Notes: generated by a model not told the origin, from the sequence alone. A stretch of 64,000 nucleotides of DNA from a bacterium (GCA_965233585.1 CBDDTI010000746.1:384001-448000), one strand, 5' to 3'; positions 40,908 through 51,926 are shown, counted from the first letter of the stretch. A program made the numbers and translations.

Positions 40908-43163
40908 TTGGGTAGTAACGGAGAGATGCTAGAATACTTTGAACGACCTTTTTTGGAAAAACGTCTTCATTCCAATGACAAAAGAATCCAAATGTGGTCA
41001 GCTTATCATCTGGCATTATTTTGGGAAAAAGAAGCCCCCCAGTTTGTTCAAATCCTACTTCATTCCAAAGTCCCTGAAGTCTCTGAAATTGGTATTTTTT
41101 TAGTTGAAAAACATCAAATTCATCAACTCGCATTTGCCGTCTTCCGCTTGTTTACCTCCACTTCTGACAGAACTTTAAAGTTTGTCTGTGCTAACACATT
41201 GGTTCATCTTCAGTATCAAGAGTCCGTCTCACACATCCAAAAATGGCTCACGTACGAGATTGAACCGCTGGAAGTCCAAACATCTGAAATTCAATGTATT
41301 GTTGAAAATTTACTACTGCTCAATCCCCGTAAATATTGGTCTTTTTTAATACAAAAACTGATTCACTCCGAATCGTTTCCCATCAAAACGTTGAACATCT
41401 TCCGTGAATTAGTCAAAGCCTCTTCTTCCAACGAACAACTTCAAGATTTGCTACATCATTATTGCCGTTATCGTCATTTATTTCACGATGTGCATTTCTT
41501 GTATGCTTTTTTCCCGTTGTTTGACAATCAAAAAACTCTCAAGCACCTTGAAAATTTAAAAGCGAGCCAAATCCCTATTTCACAAACTTATACGCAACTT
41601 TTGGCAATGCTTCAAATTTCACAAACGACACAGCAATCCAAAGCATTGCAGAAGCTGGCACAAAATCAGTTTGACCGTGAGGCATTGGGACAATTCACCT
41701 TGTCTTTAGAAGAAGATTCACAAGAGTTTCTTTTTTTCCAAACACTGACAGAAGTAGAAAAGCAAAGCCAAAAACCTATCTTGAGAGTCCAAGAACAAGA
41801 ACACCTGTTTTTACTTTCATTGCCAGTTGTGATGATGCTGAATTTGAGGAAATCAGAAATTTTGGGAATGTCTGAAGAGTGGGGAGAATTGATTGCGAAG
41901 GTGTATCATTCCCCATTTTTAAGTGATTCATTCATGTTAAAAATTGCCAATCAACTTCACCAAAAATTAAAAGGGAATCAAAAGGAGATGCCAGCGCTTT
42001 CTGACCCCAAATATGACACACCCCACGATGCCATCTGGAAGGTGATTGTTGGATATGAAAACTTTGAACACTATCCTTTTTCTTCGGTCTTGCCCAATCC
42101 TGAAAAATATTCTGAACTTGCGTTTTTACTTCCTAGTCTAGTCCAAATTCACAAAGCCAAATTTGAAACCTTAATCTCACAAAATCAAAAAGAAGAAGTC
42201 AGCTATGCTTTAAAACTTTTTTGTCGTCAACCTGATGAGGAGGTGATTCAAATGCTTCTGAGTCACTTTCATACACTCATCCATCATCATTTTTATACTT
42301 TTTTTGAGTTTATTGAGCATGTTCCAGACCCTCAATTTGTTCCTAAACTAGAAGATTATTGTTGTTATGGTGAGCATGAGGTGTATCAGCTCATTCTTTC
42401 TATTTGTGAAATTCACCAAATCCAGCCTCCTCCATCTCTCAATGAACATCAAAATGAACATCAGTTTGACTCGGCAAGTTATAACGTTCGTTTGTCTTGT
42501 CAAGAATGCGAACGCACCTATCATTACTCTCTCCAAACAGTCTATTTCAACCCTGAAGTTTTGGAGCAAAGACGCCTGTTTGCACCCCATGAATTGTGGC
42601 ATCGTGAGCCGTTGTCATGCAAGAATTGTGGGGCAGAAGTCCCTTTTGACACCCCCGAAAGTTTTCGTGCCAACATCTATGCTGATTTGCTTACCTCAAA
42701 AATCACTTCGCTAGAAGGGCTTCAACATTTAAAGATTTTTAAACCTCTTGAAGTCCCCCGCCTTCATGGTGAGAAAATTCCCTTTGCAGAATTTCAAGAA
42801 TACGCAGAAAATAGACTTGCACAAGACGGATTATTGCCCCAAGAACGATTAGAGACTTTGTTAGAAATTGGCAAATTTTGCTTCTCCCTCTCTGATTTTG
42901 CAAATGCCAGAAAATACTTTTTACAAAGCCTGACGTTAGAGCGGCATCTTGCTGTTGCTTTGTTTCACCTTGGTATGATTGCCTTTCAAGAAAAGAACTT
43001 GCGTGACACCAGAATTTACTTTTCCCCTCTGCTTGAAATGGAGACGACAACCGACCAAGAAAAGGAGTGGAAAACATTGGCAAAACACTACATGAATATT
43101 TTGGACACTCCAGATTTTAGAAGGGCGTCATTCAAAGTGATCCCATCTTCTCGTCAGTTTTAA
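40908..43163 (+). CDS. Helical-repeat protein with a 4-Cys Zn-ribbon-like motif and C-terminal TPR-like helices
   Basis: 751-aa ORF; CQEC...CKNCG; ALFHLGMIAF. Confidence 0.6.
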   Translation: MGSNGEMLEYFERPFLEKRLHSNDKRIQMWSAYHLALFWEKEAPQFVQILLHSKVPEVSEIGIFLVEKHQIHQLAFAVFRLFTSTSDRTLKFVCANTLVHLQYQESVSHIQKWLTYEIEPLEVQTSEIQCIVENLLLLNPRKYWSFLIQKLIHSESFPIKTLNIFRELVKASSSNEQLQDLLHHYCRYRHLFHDVHFLYAFFPLFDNQKTLKHLENLKASQIPISQTYTQLLAMLQISQTTQQSKALQKLAQNQFDREALGQFTLSLEEDSQEFLFFQTLTEVEKQSQKPILRVQEQEHLFLLSLPVVMMLNLRKSEILGMSEEWGELIAKVYHSPFLSDSFMLKIANQLHQKLKGNQKEMPALSDPKYDTPHDAIWKVIVGYENFEHYPFSSVLPNPEKYSELAFLLPSLVQIHKAKFETLISQNQKEEVSYALKLFCRQPDEEVIQMLLSHFHTLIHHHFYTFFEFIEHVPDPQFVPKLEDYCCYGEHEVYQLILSICEIHQIQPPPSLNEHQNEHQFDSASYNVRLSCQECERTYHYSLQTVYFNPEVLEQRRLFAPHELWHREPLSCKNCGAEVPFDTPESFRANIYADLLTSKITSLEGLQHLKIFKPLEVPRLHGEKIPFAEFQEYAENRLAQDGLLPQERLETLLEIGKFCFSLSDFANARKYFLQSLTLERHLAVALFHLGMIAFQEKNLRDTRIYFSPLLEMETTTDQEKEWKTLAKHYMNILDTPDFRRASFKVIPSSRQF

Positions 43164-43188
43164 ACAACTTTATGAAAGGCTTAGAAAA

Positions 43189-44064
43189 ATGGAAAAAATT
43201 GCTTTTATTGGTCTTGGTGTGATGGGCTTCCCCATGGCAGGTTTTTTAAAAAATGCAGGATATGAAACGACTGTTTACAACAGGACAACTGTGAAGGCTC
43301 AACGGTGGCAAGAGAAGTATCAAGGTCAAGTGGCTTTGACTCCTTGTGACGCAGCAAAAGACTGCGATTTGGTGATGGCATGCGTGGGATCAGACGACGA
43401 TTTGCGTGAAGTCACACTTGGTGAAACAGGTGCTTTTGCAGGTATGAAACAAGGTGCAATCTTTGTAGACCATACCACTACCTCAGCAACCGTTGCCAGA
43501 GAACTCCACACAGAGGCTCAAAAACAGGGTCTTGCATTTGTTGACGCTCCTGTCTCAGGCGGACAATCAGGAGCAGAAAATGGAACTTTGACCATCATGT
43601 GTGGTGCAGAGCAAAACATCTTTCAGAAGGTCAAACCTATTTTGTCAAGTTATGCCAAAAGCATTGTGCGAATCGGTGAGGTTGGAAGTGGGCAACTTTG
43701 CAAAATGATGAATCAAATTTGCATTGCAGGCTTAGTACAGGGTTTGAGTGAAGCTGTCAATTTTGGTCAACGTGCAGGTCTTGACCTTGAGGCAGTTTTT
43801 GATGCCATTTCTCAAGGAGCGGCAGGCTCATGGCAGATGCAAAATCGCTTTCACACCATGTCTCAAGACAAGTTTGACTTTGGCTTTGCCGTAGATTTGA
43901 TGCGCAAAGACTTAGGGCTTTGTTTACAAGAAGCCAAACAGATTCAAGCAAGACTTCCTGTGACTGCATTGGTGGATCAATTTTATGCAGAAGTGCAAGA
44001 CCGAAGCGGTGGTCGTTGGGACACTAGCAGTCTGGTGAGACTACTCCAGTCTTCTAAAACTTAA
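43189..44064 (+). CDS. 3-hydroxyisobutyrate/tartronate semialdehyde reductase family dehydrogenase
   Basis: FIGLGVMG, DAPVSGG, GSGQLCKMMNQ, KDL. Confidence 0.92.
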   Translation: MEKIAFIGLGVMGFPMAGFLKNAGYETTVYNRTTVKAQRWQEKYQGQVALTPCDAAKDCDLVMACVGSDDDLREVTLGETGAFAGMKQGAIFVDHTTTSATVARELHTEAQKQGLAFVDAPVSGGQSGAENGTLTIMCGAEQNIFQKVKPILSSYAKSIVRIGEVGSGQLCKMMNQICIAGLVQGLSEAVNFGQRAGLDLEAVFDAISQGAAGSWQMQNRFHTMSQDKFDFGFAVDLMRKDLGLCLQEAKQIQARLPVTALVDQFYAEVQDRSGGRWDTSSLVRLLQSSKT

Positions 44065-44128
44065 CCCCACCTCAAAATTCGCCCTTGTTTTTTGATGAGG
44101 TAGGCATTAGACTATTGCGTTTGCTTGA

Positions 44129-44205
44129 CGGGGTATAGCGCAGTTTGGTAGCGCACCTGCTTTGGGAGCAGGGGGTCGCAGGTTCAAATCCTGCTACCCC
44201 GACCA
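44129..44205 (+). tRNA. tRNA-Pro (TGG)
   Basis: Acceptor CGGGGTA/TACCCCG; anticodon arm CCTGC-TTTGGGA-GCAGG; T-arm GGTTCAAATCC; encoded CCA. Confidence 0.97.
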
Positions 44206-44245
44206 TTTCTAATCATCGTTCTTGTCTCACTTCCCTAAATCAAAT

Positions 44246-45175
44246 ATGAAAATTGAACAGCTGAATTATCATGGCTGGGAGAATAGCTATTGTTTGAGCA
44301 ATGACTATGTAGAGCTTGTCATCTTGACTGATGTTGGTCCAAGAATCATGCACTTTGCCAAAAAATTAGACAACCAAAATGGTCGCAACTTCTTCAAAGA
44401 ATTTGCTGAAGTACTTGGCACAACAAATCATCGTCATTGGGTGAATTATGGAGGACACCGCCTTTGGCATGCTCCTGAAGACAAAGAACGTACCTACATG
44501 CCAGACAACGACCCTGTTCACTTTGAAACAACAGCAAACTCTGTGACTGTCACCCAGATTCCAGAGCTTGTGACGGGGGTTCAAAAGCAAATCAAAGTCA
44601 TCTTGCAACCAAAAAGTGTCAAGGTGGTTCATCATGTTTTCAATAAAAATTTATGGGAAGTTGAGCTTGCTCCGTGGGCGATTTCTATGATGGCTCAAGG
44701 TGGTTCTATTCTGATGCCAACCACTCAAAAGCAAGAAGGTCGCCTTCAAGCAACTCATTCACTGAACCTTTGGGAGTATTCAGATTTAAGTGATTCAAGA
44801 TGGGAATTTGGAAAACATTGCATCTTACTGCATCAAGACTCATCAAAAGAGACTGCCGAAAAAGGGGGGGTGAGTTCAGCATCTTGGGGAGCGTACTTTA
44901 GAGGCACTGAAGTTTTTTTAAAGGTTTATGCTTTGATTGACAATCAAAACTATCCCGATTTTGGCTCTGCTTTAGAAGCCTATTCTCACAAAGATTTTAT
45001 GGAACTTGAAACTCTTGCACCTTTGCAAAAAATTGCTCCTCAAGGTGTGGCAACCCATGTAGAAGAATGGCATGTTTTTGATTTGGAACAAAAACCCACT
45101 TCACCAAACGAAGCGTGGGAAATGATTTCCCCACTTGCCGAGGAAGCTGTCAACCAATTTGACACAACTTTTTAA
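44246..45175 (+). CDS. Galactose-mutarotase-like (DUF4380-like) protein
   Basis: VGPRI, YGGHRLWHAPE, YPDFG, MELETL.P, HVEEW. Confidence 0.65.
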   Translation: MKIEQLNYHGWENSYCLSNDYVELVILTDVGPRIMHFAKKLDNQNGRNFFKEFAEVLGTTNHRHWVNYGGHRLWHAPEDKERTYMPDNDPVHFETTANSVTVTQIPELVTGVQKQIKVILQPKSVKVVHHVFNKNLWEVELAPWAISMMAQGGSILMPTTQKQEGRLQATHSLNLWEYSDLSDSRWEFGKHCILLHQDSSKETAEKGGVSSASWGAYFRGTEVFLKVYALIDNQNYPDFGSALEAYSHKDFMELETLAPLQKIAPQGVATHVEEWHVFDLEQKPTSPNEAWEMISPLAEEAVNQFDTTF

Positions 45176-45202
45176 CTTCAACCTTTAGCTTTTTAAAAAA
45201 TT

Positions 45203-46534
45203 ATGTTCACTCGCCTCTTTTCATTCCTCTTCTCTATTTTTATGCCTATGATGATTTATGCTGATTTGAAGGAAGGACTTTATGCTAAGTTAGAGACTTC
45301 CAAAGGAGACATTACTTTTCAACTCTTCTATGACAAAACCCCAAACACTGTTGCCAATTTTGTTGGTTTAAGTGAGGGAACTAAAACATGGTATGACCCC
45401 ATCACTCAAGAAGAGAAAAAAAGTAAATTTTACGATGGGCTTTTGTTTCATCGTGTCATTGCAGATTTTATGATTCAAGGTGGTGACCCGCTGGGCAATG
45501 GCACAGGTGGACCGGGTTATCAATTTGCCGATGAATTTCACCCAGATTTAAAGCACGACCAAGCAGGTATTGTGTCTATGGCAAACTCTGGACCTGGTAC
45601 GAATGGAAGCCAGTTTTTCATCACACACAAAGAAACCCCGTGGCTTGATAACAAACACTCTGTTTTTGGTAAAGTCGTAGAAGGTCAAGAGGTGGTTGAT
45701 GCTATTGTGCAAGGCGACGTCATCAAACATGTCACCATCATCAGAATTGGCAAAAATGCTGAAGATTTTGACCCTGCCAAGATTTCACAAAAACTGGAAA
45801 AAGAACAAGCCCAAAGGAGAGAAAAGAACAAAAAGGTGATTCCCAAAGCATCAGGGAAAATTGACAAATCTCGTATCCCTCAAGACAATCAAGCCATTGC
45901 AAATGAGGCATCTGCTAAGGTCTTAGTGATTGCTTATCAAGGGTCAAATTCTTCTAAGTCTGACATTTATTACGACAAAACAGGTGCTTTGGAAGTGGCA
46001 AAACAATTAAGCAACCTTGCAAGGCATGAAAAGACAAATTTTGACGACTTGATTGAACAATTTAGTGATATGCCAGAACAAGCCCTTCTGCCTTTGATTA
46101 AAAAAGATGATGCAAGACTGCCCCAGTTTCTTAAAGAAGGGGCGTTGTCTTTAAAAGAAGGACAAATTAGCGACCCTGTGGATTCTCCTTTTGGATACTT
46201 GGTTTTTCAACGGATTACTTTGGAGACTGCAAAGGCAAGGCATATTCTAATTGCTTATCAAGGGGCTGCGAGGTCAACACAATCCCGCAGTCAAGACGAA
46301 GCAAAGAAGCGAGCAGAGGAAGTCCTTAAAAAAGCTAAAGCAGGGGAAGATTTTGCAACACTAGCCGAACAATTTTCTGATGGTCCTACCAAAGAACGTG
46401 GGGGGGATTTGGGTGAATTTCCACAAGGAGTGATGACTCCAGAATTTGACGAGGCTGTTTTTTCTATGAAAGCAGGAGAGATTAGCAACATTGTTGAAAC
46501 TCCCTTCGGGTTTCACATCATTCAAAGATATTAA
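45203..46534 (+). CDS. Cyclophilin + parvulin fused peptidyl-prolyl isomerase
   Basis: [30 protein letters not shown]; then ARHILI...GGDLG...ETPFGFHII. Confidence 0.92.
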   Translation: MFTRLFSFLFSIFMPMMIYADLKEGLYAKLETSKGDITFQLFYDKTPNTVANFVGLSEGTKTWYDPITQEEKKSKFYDGLLFHRVIADFMIQGGDPLGNGTGGPGYQFADEFHPDLKHDQAGIVSMANSGPGTNGSQFFITHKETPWLDNKHSVFGKVVEGQEVVDAIVQGDVIKHVTIIRIGKNAEDFDPAKISQKLEKEQAQRREKNKKVIPKASGKIDKSRIPQDNQAIANEASAKVLVIAYQGSNSSKSDIYYDKTGALEVAKQLSNLARHEKTNFDDLIEQFSDMPEQALLPLIKKDDARLPQFLKEGALSLKEGQISDPVDSPFGYLVFQRITLETAKARHILIAYQGAARSTQSRSQDEAKKRAEEVLKKAKAGEDFATLAEQFSDGPTKERGGDLGEFPQGVMTPEFDEAVFSMKAGEISNIVETPFGFHIIQRY

Positions 46535-46569
46535 ACCAAATAAAGACCCTCAATCAAAGTCAACCAAAA

Positions 46570-47577
46570 TTAAAGTTCAAAGATTTCATCAACTTGAGGC
46601 GGTCTGTATAAAAGTTCGTCAATTTGCACTGCCTTGTGTCCTTTGTAACTTCCTTGAAAGCCTGTAAATTTTTGCTCTCCATTGACCAAAATTTTAAGGG
46701 GTTTGTTCTTTTCATGGTTAAGCATAATCACTTCTCCTTGAGAAAGCCTTAAAAATTCCTTCACCGTTGCTGAACACCTGCCTAATTCTACGACCATTTC
46801 TACTGGCGTTTGGTCTAAATTCTTTTTAAAACGATTGCTCCATGTGTTGTCTTTTTCATCTTGCTCACTTTGAAAACCTGCATTCAGTTTGCCACGAATA
46901 GGTTCAATCATAGAATAAGGAATGCACAAAGTGATAGACATGGGAGCGCGTCCCAGCTCAATGTCAAAAGTCACAACAATCACAATCTCACTATGAGGCA
47001 CAATGGCAACAAACTGAGGGTTGACTTCATTCCTTGTGTAGTTGACTTGCAAAGGAAACACAGGTCTCCATGAGCTTTGCAGGTCTTCCAGTCCACTGAT
47101 GACCACACGTTTGATCATACGTTGTTCAATCTCTGTAAAATCCCGACCCTCTGCCTTCACTTCTAATTCTCCTGTCCCTCCAAAAAATAAATCAATCAAT
47201 GTAAACACAAGCCGTGTTTCCAGCACCATGATTCCATTACCACGCAGGGGGTTCATACGGAACAAATTGAGAGAAGACGGCACAGGCAGGGTTTTCAAAA
47301 ACTCTCCAAATTTGATCAATTCCATAGAACGAACACTAATGTCAGCAACTTTACGTAACGCACTTGACACTGTGAGGCGGAACAGACGAACAAAACGGTC
47401 ATGGATGATCTCCAATGTTGGCATTCTTCCCCGAATGATACGGTCTTGAGCAGTCAAGTCAAATGGAACGACCTCATCGGGGTCATATTCTGTCTCATCT
47501 TCTCCGACGCCAAAATCATCTTCGCTAATTCCACGCAAGAGCGCATCTACTTCATTTTGCGAAAGTACTTGTCCCAT
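46570..47577 (-). CDS. fliM: Flagellar motor switch protein
   Basis: VLSQNEVDALL CheY-binding peptide, GRDFTEIE, NPQF, SpoA C-terminus. Confidence 0.95.
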   Translation of the reverse strand: MGQVLSQNEVDALLRGISEDDFGVGEDETEYDPDEVVPFDLTAQDRIIRGRMPTLEIIHDRFVRLFRLTVSSALRKVADISVRSMELIKFGEFLKTLPVPSSLNLFRMNPLRGNGIMVLETRLVFTLIDLFFGGTGELEVKAEGRDFTEIEQRMIKRVVISGLEDLQSSWRPVFPLQVNYTRNEVNPQFVAIVPHSEIVIVVTFDIELGRAPMSITLCIPYSMIEPIRGKLNAGFQSEQDEKDNTWSNRFKKNLDQTPVEMVVELGRCSATVKEFLRLSQGEVIMLNHEKNKPLKILVNGEQKFTGFQGSYKGHKAVQIDELLYRPPQVDEIFEL

Positions 47578-47602
47578 AATTGATTCCCTTTCTTAAAAAT
47601 GA

Positions 47603-48118
47603 TTGATTAAATTTAATTTCAAATTCATACAACGTGGCGTTTGGTCTATTTTATGCTTTTCTTTGACATTTTGTTCATCTCTTTCATTTCTTGTGTTTAT
47701 GGAATCACTTCTACTCAATTTCACACTGTTTTCTTTTTCATTTGCCAGTGTTGCTGTCATCGCAGAGCTAATTAAGGACTACTTAAAAAGAAAGCGTCTG
47801 AAACAACCAAATCAAATTGGGTCAGCACTGCAAGCCATCAAGCCGATTGTTCAACCATCAGGCACTGTCAAAACCCCTCACAAAAGCAAGCTGTTTCTTT
47901 TAGATGAGAAGCTGGCTCAGATGGGTTACGTCTCAACAGAGCAACAACTCGGATTCATCAACTGGGTTTTGAACAGTCGTTTAAGGAGTGTGAACGAAGT
48001 AGATGCCAAAGAGATTCAATATCTTTTCCGAACCATCAAACGTTACGCTCCTGCTTCAATAGATAAACCTGTGAGTGATGCCAATGTTGCTGCGATTGTC
48101 AAAGCATTTGCAGTCTAA
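47603..48118 (+). CDS. Hypothetical membrane-anchored protein
   Basis: ORF fills the gap; hydrophobic N-terminus; true start may be ATG 47699. Confidence 0.55.
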   Translation: MIKFNFKFIQRGVWSILCFSLTFCSSLSFLVFMESLLLNFTLFSFSFASVAVIAELIKDYLKRKRLKQPNQIGSALQAIKPIVQPSGTVKTPHKSKLFLLDEKLAQMGYVSTEQQLGFINWVLNSRLRSVNEVDAKEIQYLFRTIKRYAPASIDKPVSDANVAAIVKAFAV

Positions 48119-48121
48119 AAT

Positions 48122-49609
48122 TTAGTAGGGGCAAAACTCAAATTGTTCATGATGAAACGACACTTGAGAGTTGCAAGTCAGTTGGATTGACATGTGCTTC
48201 TGCTTTTCTTCTATGAGATTGGTTTGATTGGCTAAGTAATCATGGACGTCAGGGTGAACAAGGATAGAAAGTGAGCCGTTTTGATGTTCAGGTTTATAAC
48301 GTTCTAACTCACGCATAATCTCATGGCTGACAGTGGCTGGCGATTTAATCACACCATTGCCGTCACAATGAGGGCATGGGTTAGATAAATATCTAGTGAT
48401 ATTTTCACGGTCTCTCTTGCGCGTCATTTCCACTAATCCCATCTCGCTAATCTGCAAAATACGGCTCCGAGTCTTGTCAGATTTTAATTCTTCCTTCAAT
48501 GCACGATACACACGATCTCGGTGTTCTGGTGTATTCATATCAATAAAATCAATGATAATGATGCCCCCAATGTTCCTTAATTGAATTTGGATGACGATTT
48601 GTTCCACTGCCTCAAGATTCGTTTTAAGAATCGTTTGTTCATGGTTTTCTTGCCCAACAAAACGACCTGTGTTGACATCAATGGCAGTCAAGGCTTCTGT
48701 TTGGTCAAAGACTAAAAACCCACCTGATGGCAGGCTGATTTTACGACTGAGAATGGAGTCAATCCCATATTCCACACCATAATAATCAAAAATAGGTAGA
48801 GGTCGTTTGTAAAGAGACAAGATAGGCAAATAGCGGGGCATGTATTTGCTAAAAAACAATTTGAGCTTTTCAAACTGCATGGAATCATCAATGACAAGCT
48901 GATCAATGTCTGGTGAAAGTGTGTCTCTGACGATACGAAATAGAATATTTAAATCTTCATGGAGCAATGCAGGAGCTTGCATGTTTTTAGAGTTGTATTC
49001 TACCTCATGCCATGCAGAAACCAAGTAATTGAGGTCAGTTTGGATGTCTTCTTCAGACCGAGACTCTGCAACGGTGCGAATGATGACTCCAGAAGGGTCA
49101 GGTTTCTTTTTTTGAACGAATGTTTTAAGTCGGTTGCGTTCTTCTGCAGAAGAAATATAGCGTGAGACACCTATCATATCTTCTTGGGGCAAAAAGACTA
49201 AATTGCGCCCAGCAAATGAGATGCTCGTCGTGACTCTTGCCCCCTTGGTACCAATAGCGCCCTTAGCAATTTGAACAAGAATTTCTTGTCCTTCTTTGAT
49301 TAATTTTTGAATAGAGGGTCTTTCAGAATCTCTCGTGAGGGCGTGTTCTCCCAACTCAATCATCGCATCATATCCAGAACGTTGAGGCTGATACAGGTCA
49401 TCAATGTACAAAAATGCAGAACGTTCACTACCAATGTCAATAAACGCTGATTCCATACCCGGTAAGATTTTTTGAACGACTCCTTTATAAATATTTCCAA
49501 CATGACCTTTGTCTTGTGGACGTTCATAAAATAATTCCGTGACACGTTTGTCTTCAATCACAGCAACACGTGTTTCATAAAAAGCACAATTGATAACAAT
49601 AGATTTCAT
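48122..49609 (-). CDS. rng: Ribonuclease G/E family
   Basis: GNIYKG, AFIDIG, IDVNTG, GGIIIIDFIDM, CPHC; no long RNase E tail. Confidence 0.9.
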   Translation of the reverse strand: MKSIVINCAFYETRVAVIEDKRVTELFYERPQDKGHVGNIYKGVVQKILPGMESAFIDIGSERSAFLYIDDLYQPQRSGYDAMIELGEHALTRDSERPSIQKLIKEGQEILVQIAKGAIGTKGARVTTSISFAGRNLVFLPQEDMIGVSRYISSAEERNRLKTFVQKKKPDPSGVIIRTVAESRSEEDIQTDLNYLVSAWHEVEYNSKNMQAPALLHEDLNILFRIVRDTLSPDIDQLVIDDSMQFEKLKLFFSKYMPRYLPILSLYKRPLPIFDYYGVEYGIDSILSRKISLPSGGFLVFDQTEALTAIDVNTGRFVGQENHEQTILKTNLEAVEQIVIQIQLRNIGGIIIIDFIDMNTPEHRDRVYRALKEELKSDKTRSRILQISEMGLVEMTRKRDRENITRYLSNPCPHCDGNGVIKSPATVSHEIMRELERYKPEHQNGSLSILVHPDVHDYLANQTNLIEEKQKHMSIQLTCNSQVSFHHEQFEFCPY

Positions 49610-49642
49610 ATAAAAAAGTGTAGAGAAGTTTTGAGAAGAATG

Positions 49643-50374
49643 TTAGACGTCTGAAATCAATGTGAGCATCTCTTGGACAGCATGAGAAACCCCTTTGATG
49701 AGTGAATAGCTGACAATACTGTGTCCGATATTGAGTTCTTTCAAATGGGGTAGTTCGCAAACTGCTTGTACATTTTGATAATCCAAGCCATGTCCTGCAT
49801 TGACCTGTAACCCGTGCTGGTGTGCCTCTAATGCTGATTCTTCCAGTGCCTCCAGTGCCTGCAAACGTGTGAGTGTGTCATGTGCTTGTGCATAAGTCCC
49901 TGTGTGGAGTTCAATCTGGTCGGCATGCACCTCATGGGAGGCTCGGATTTGCTTGACATTGGGGTCAACAAACAAACTCACTAAAATTTGATTTTGTCTT
50001 AAAGTTTCAATGGTCTGTTTCAGTTGGTCAGATTGTTGAATGAGCGTCACAACATCTAATCCTCCTTCAGTTGTCAATTCTTCTCTTCTTTCAGGAACAA
50101 GTGTCACCATGTCAGGTTGGACTTCCAAAGCAAATGCCAACATTTCTTCAGTTGCTGCTATTTCCAAATTCAAGCGAGTTTGCACTTGATGACGCAAATT
50201 GATGACATCTTGGTCTTGAATATGGCGTCTGTCCTCCCGAAGATGCACAGTGATTCCATGAACCCCTGACTGTTCTGCAAGCTCTGCATATTTTAAAGGA
50301 CAAGGCTCAACACCTTTCCTTGCCTCCCGCAATGTGGCAACATGGTCTATGTTGACATGCAAACAAATTGTCAT
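49643..50374 (-). CDS. pdxJ: Pyridoxine 5'-phosphate synthase
   Basis: VNIDHVATLR, HLREDRRHI, ELHTG, NAGHGL, ELNIGH. Confidence 0.97.
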   Translation of the reverse strand: MTICLHVNIDHVATLREARKGVEPCPLKYAELAEQSGVHGITVHLREDRRHIQDQDVINLRHQVQTRLNLEIAATEEMLAFALEVQPDMVTLVPERREELTTEGGLDVVTLIQQSDQLKQTIETLRQNQILVSLFVDPNVKQIRASHEVHADQIELHTGTYAQAHDTLTRLQALEALEESALEAHQHGLQVNAGHGLDYQNVQAVCELPHLKELNIGHSIVSYSLIKGVSHAVQEMLTLISDV

Positions 50375-50514
50375 AATCTCTCTTCTTTCATCTTAAATTT
50401 TGATTTCAATTTCCTTGGGCCAGCACTGAACAATGACCTTTTGATTTTTTGGTTTAAGCCAGTTGACCAAGTTTTTTATAAAAGGGAAGTATTTTATCAG
50501 AAACTCCGTCAATC

Positions 50515-51285
50515 TCAAGCTGAAGACCAGACCTGTTCTTTCCAAACCAGTTTGTTGATTCTTCCATCTGGTGCAATAGCCAACACAGATTTAGAAGCAA
50601 GCCAGTCTGGGACAACTCTCATTTTGGCAATGCCTTGAGAATTAGACACGACACGGTCTTGGTGAAAATGTCCTACAAAATAAGTTGTGAATTGGTCAGG
50701 CAGTTGGTCTGCAAAAGACTGGCATTGTTGTTCAGGAAAGCAGATTTTAAAGGCTTGGTCTGTTTTGGCTAATGTGGACTCTCCTTTCATTGCAAGTTTT
50801 TGGGCATAAAATGTAGGAATCTGCCGAATCAGCCATTCTGTAAGAGGGTGTCGGATCAATTTCTTCCAACGCAAATATTGCTTGTCTTGCTGATTGATTT
50901 CATCGCCATGTGTGAAGCCAAAAAAAGAGGTTGCCCACCTGATTTGCAGTTCGTGATGTGTGATGTGTGTGAAATACTTGGCTTGTGCAAAGATGGCAAA
51001 CTTTGAGGTCAATAAATCACGATTGCCCACTGTGAAACAAGTCACGATGCCCCGTTGAGTCAGTTCTTTCCAAGTTTCCAAAAGCAGACGTTGCGAGGCA
51101 TTCCAAAATTTTTCTTCTCCAAGCCAGATGTGAAATAAATCACCTAAACAAACAATACAATGAGCATCAGGTAATTTTTGGAGTGCCAAAGCAAGCTCTT
51201 CAGCAGGGGCGTTGGGAGACCCAATATGAGAGTCTGCAATCAGATACAAAAAGCCACGGGTTTCAGACAAGTCAATCAAAGACAT
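50515..51285 (-). CDS. lpxH: UDP-2,3-diacylglucosamine hydrolase-like metallophosphoesterase
   Basis: ADSH, LGDLF, GNRD, HGD, GHFH, PDW. Confidence 0.75.
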   Translation of the reverse strand: MSLIDLSETRGFLYLIADSHIGSPNAPAEELALALQKLPDAHCIVCLGDLFHIWLGEEKFWNASQRLLLETWKELTQRGIVTCFTVGNRDLLTSKFAIFAQAKYFTHITHHELQIRWATSFFGFTHGDEINQQDKQYLRWKKLIRHPLTEWLIRQIPTFYAQKLAMKGESTLAKTDQAFKICFPEQQCQSFADQLPDQFTTYFVGHFHQDRVVSNSQGIAKMRVVPDWLASKSVLAIAPDGRINKLVWKEQVWSSA

Positions 51286-51287
51286 GA

Positions 51288-51920
51288 CTACATTTGAAGC
51301 GAAAGCATCGTCAGACTTTGACCTTGTGAAAAAATCCAACGCAGAGGCTGCCAACCGGGAATCATAAACTCAGCCAAAATCATTGCAGCAAGTGCAAAAG
51401 TCCCCCATTTTTGATTCCAGTAAATGTAAGGGATTCTGGCAAATTTGGGCAGAATGAAAGGCAAGACAGAAGCACCATCAAGGGGACCGAGTGGAATCAT
51501 GTTAAACAAGAATAAGACAACATTGACTAAAATCAGAACAAACACAAGCGTCAAAAGAGTGTCATTGTAAAAACCTGTCATGTAAAAAACGTTGACCATG
51601 AAGAGACTCACAATGACAACTAACACGTTCATCATAGGTCCTGCCAGGGCAACGTAGAGGTATGCAAAACGACTTTGCAAATTTCTTGGCTCAACAGGCA
51701 CAGGTTTTCCATAGCCGATGCCAATCAAAATAATCATCGCCGCACCCACTATGTCCAAATGAGACAGGGGGTTGATGTTCATTCTGCCTTGGTCTTTAGC
51801 AGTAGAATCCCCGCAAAGGTAGGCTACATAAGCGTGACCAAATTCATGCACACATAGTCCAAAAATCAAAGCAAGCACTTGCAAAATGGCAACTTTGGGA
51901 TTGTCTAACAAAAATAACAT
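51288..51920 (-). CDS. Site-2 protease (M50) family
   Basis: HEFGH, AGP, FNMIPLGPLDG. Confidence 0.92.
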   Translation of the reverse strand: MLFLLDNPKVAILQVLALIFGLCVHEFGHAYVAYLCGDSTAKDQGRMNINPLSHLDIVGAAMIILIGIGYGKPVPVEPRNLQSRFAYLYVALAGPMMNVLVVIVSLFMVNVFYMTGFYNDTLLTLVFVLILVNVVLFLFNMIPLGPLDGASVLPFILPKFARIPYIYWNQKWGTFALAAMILAEFMIPGWQPLRWIFSQGQSLTMLSLQM

Positions 51921-51926
51921 AAGCGA

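Noticed and set aside
44129..44260. tRNA-Pro as an island integration site
   Set aside because: No integrase and no duplicated tRNA 3' end seen
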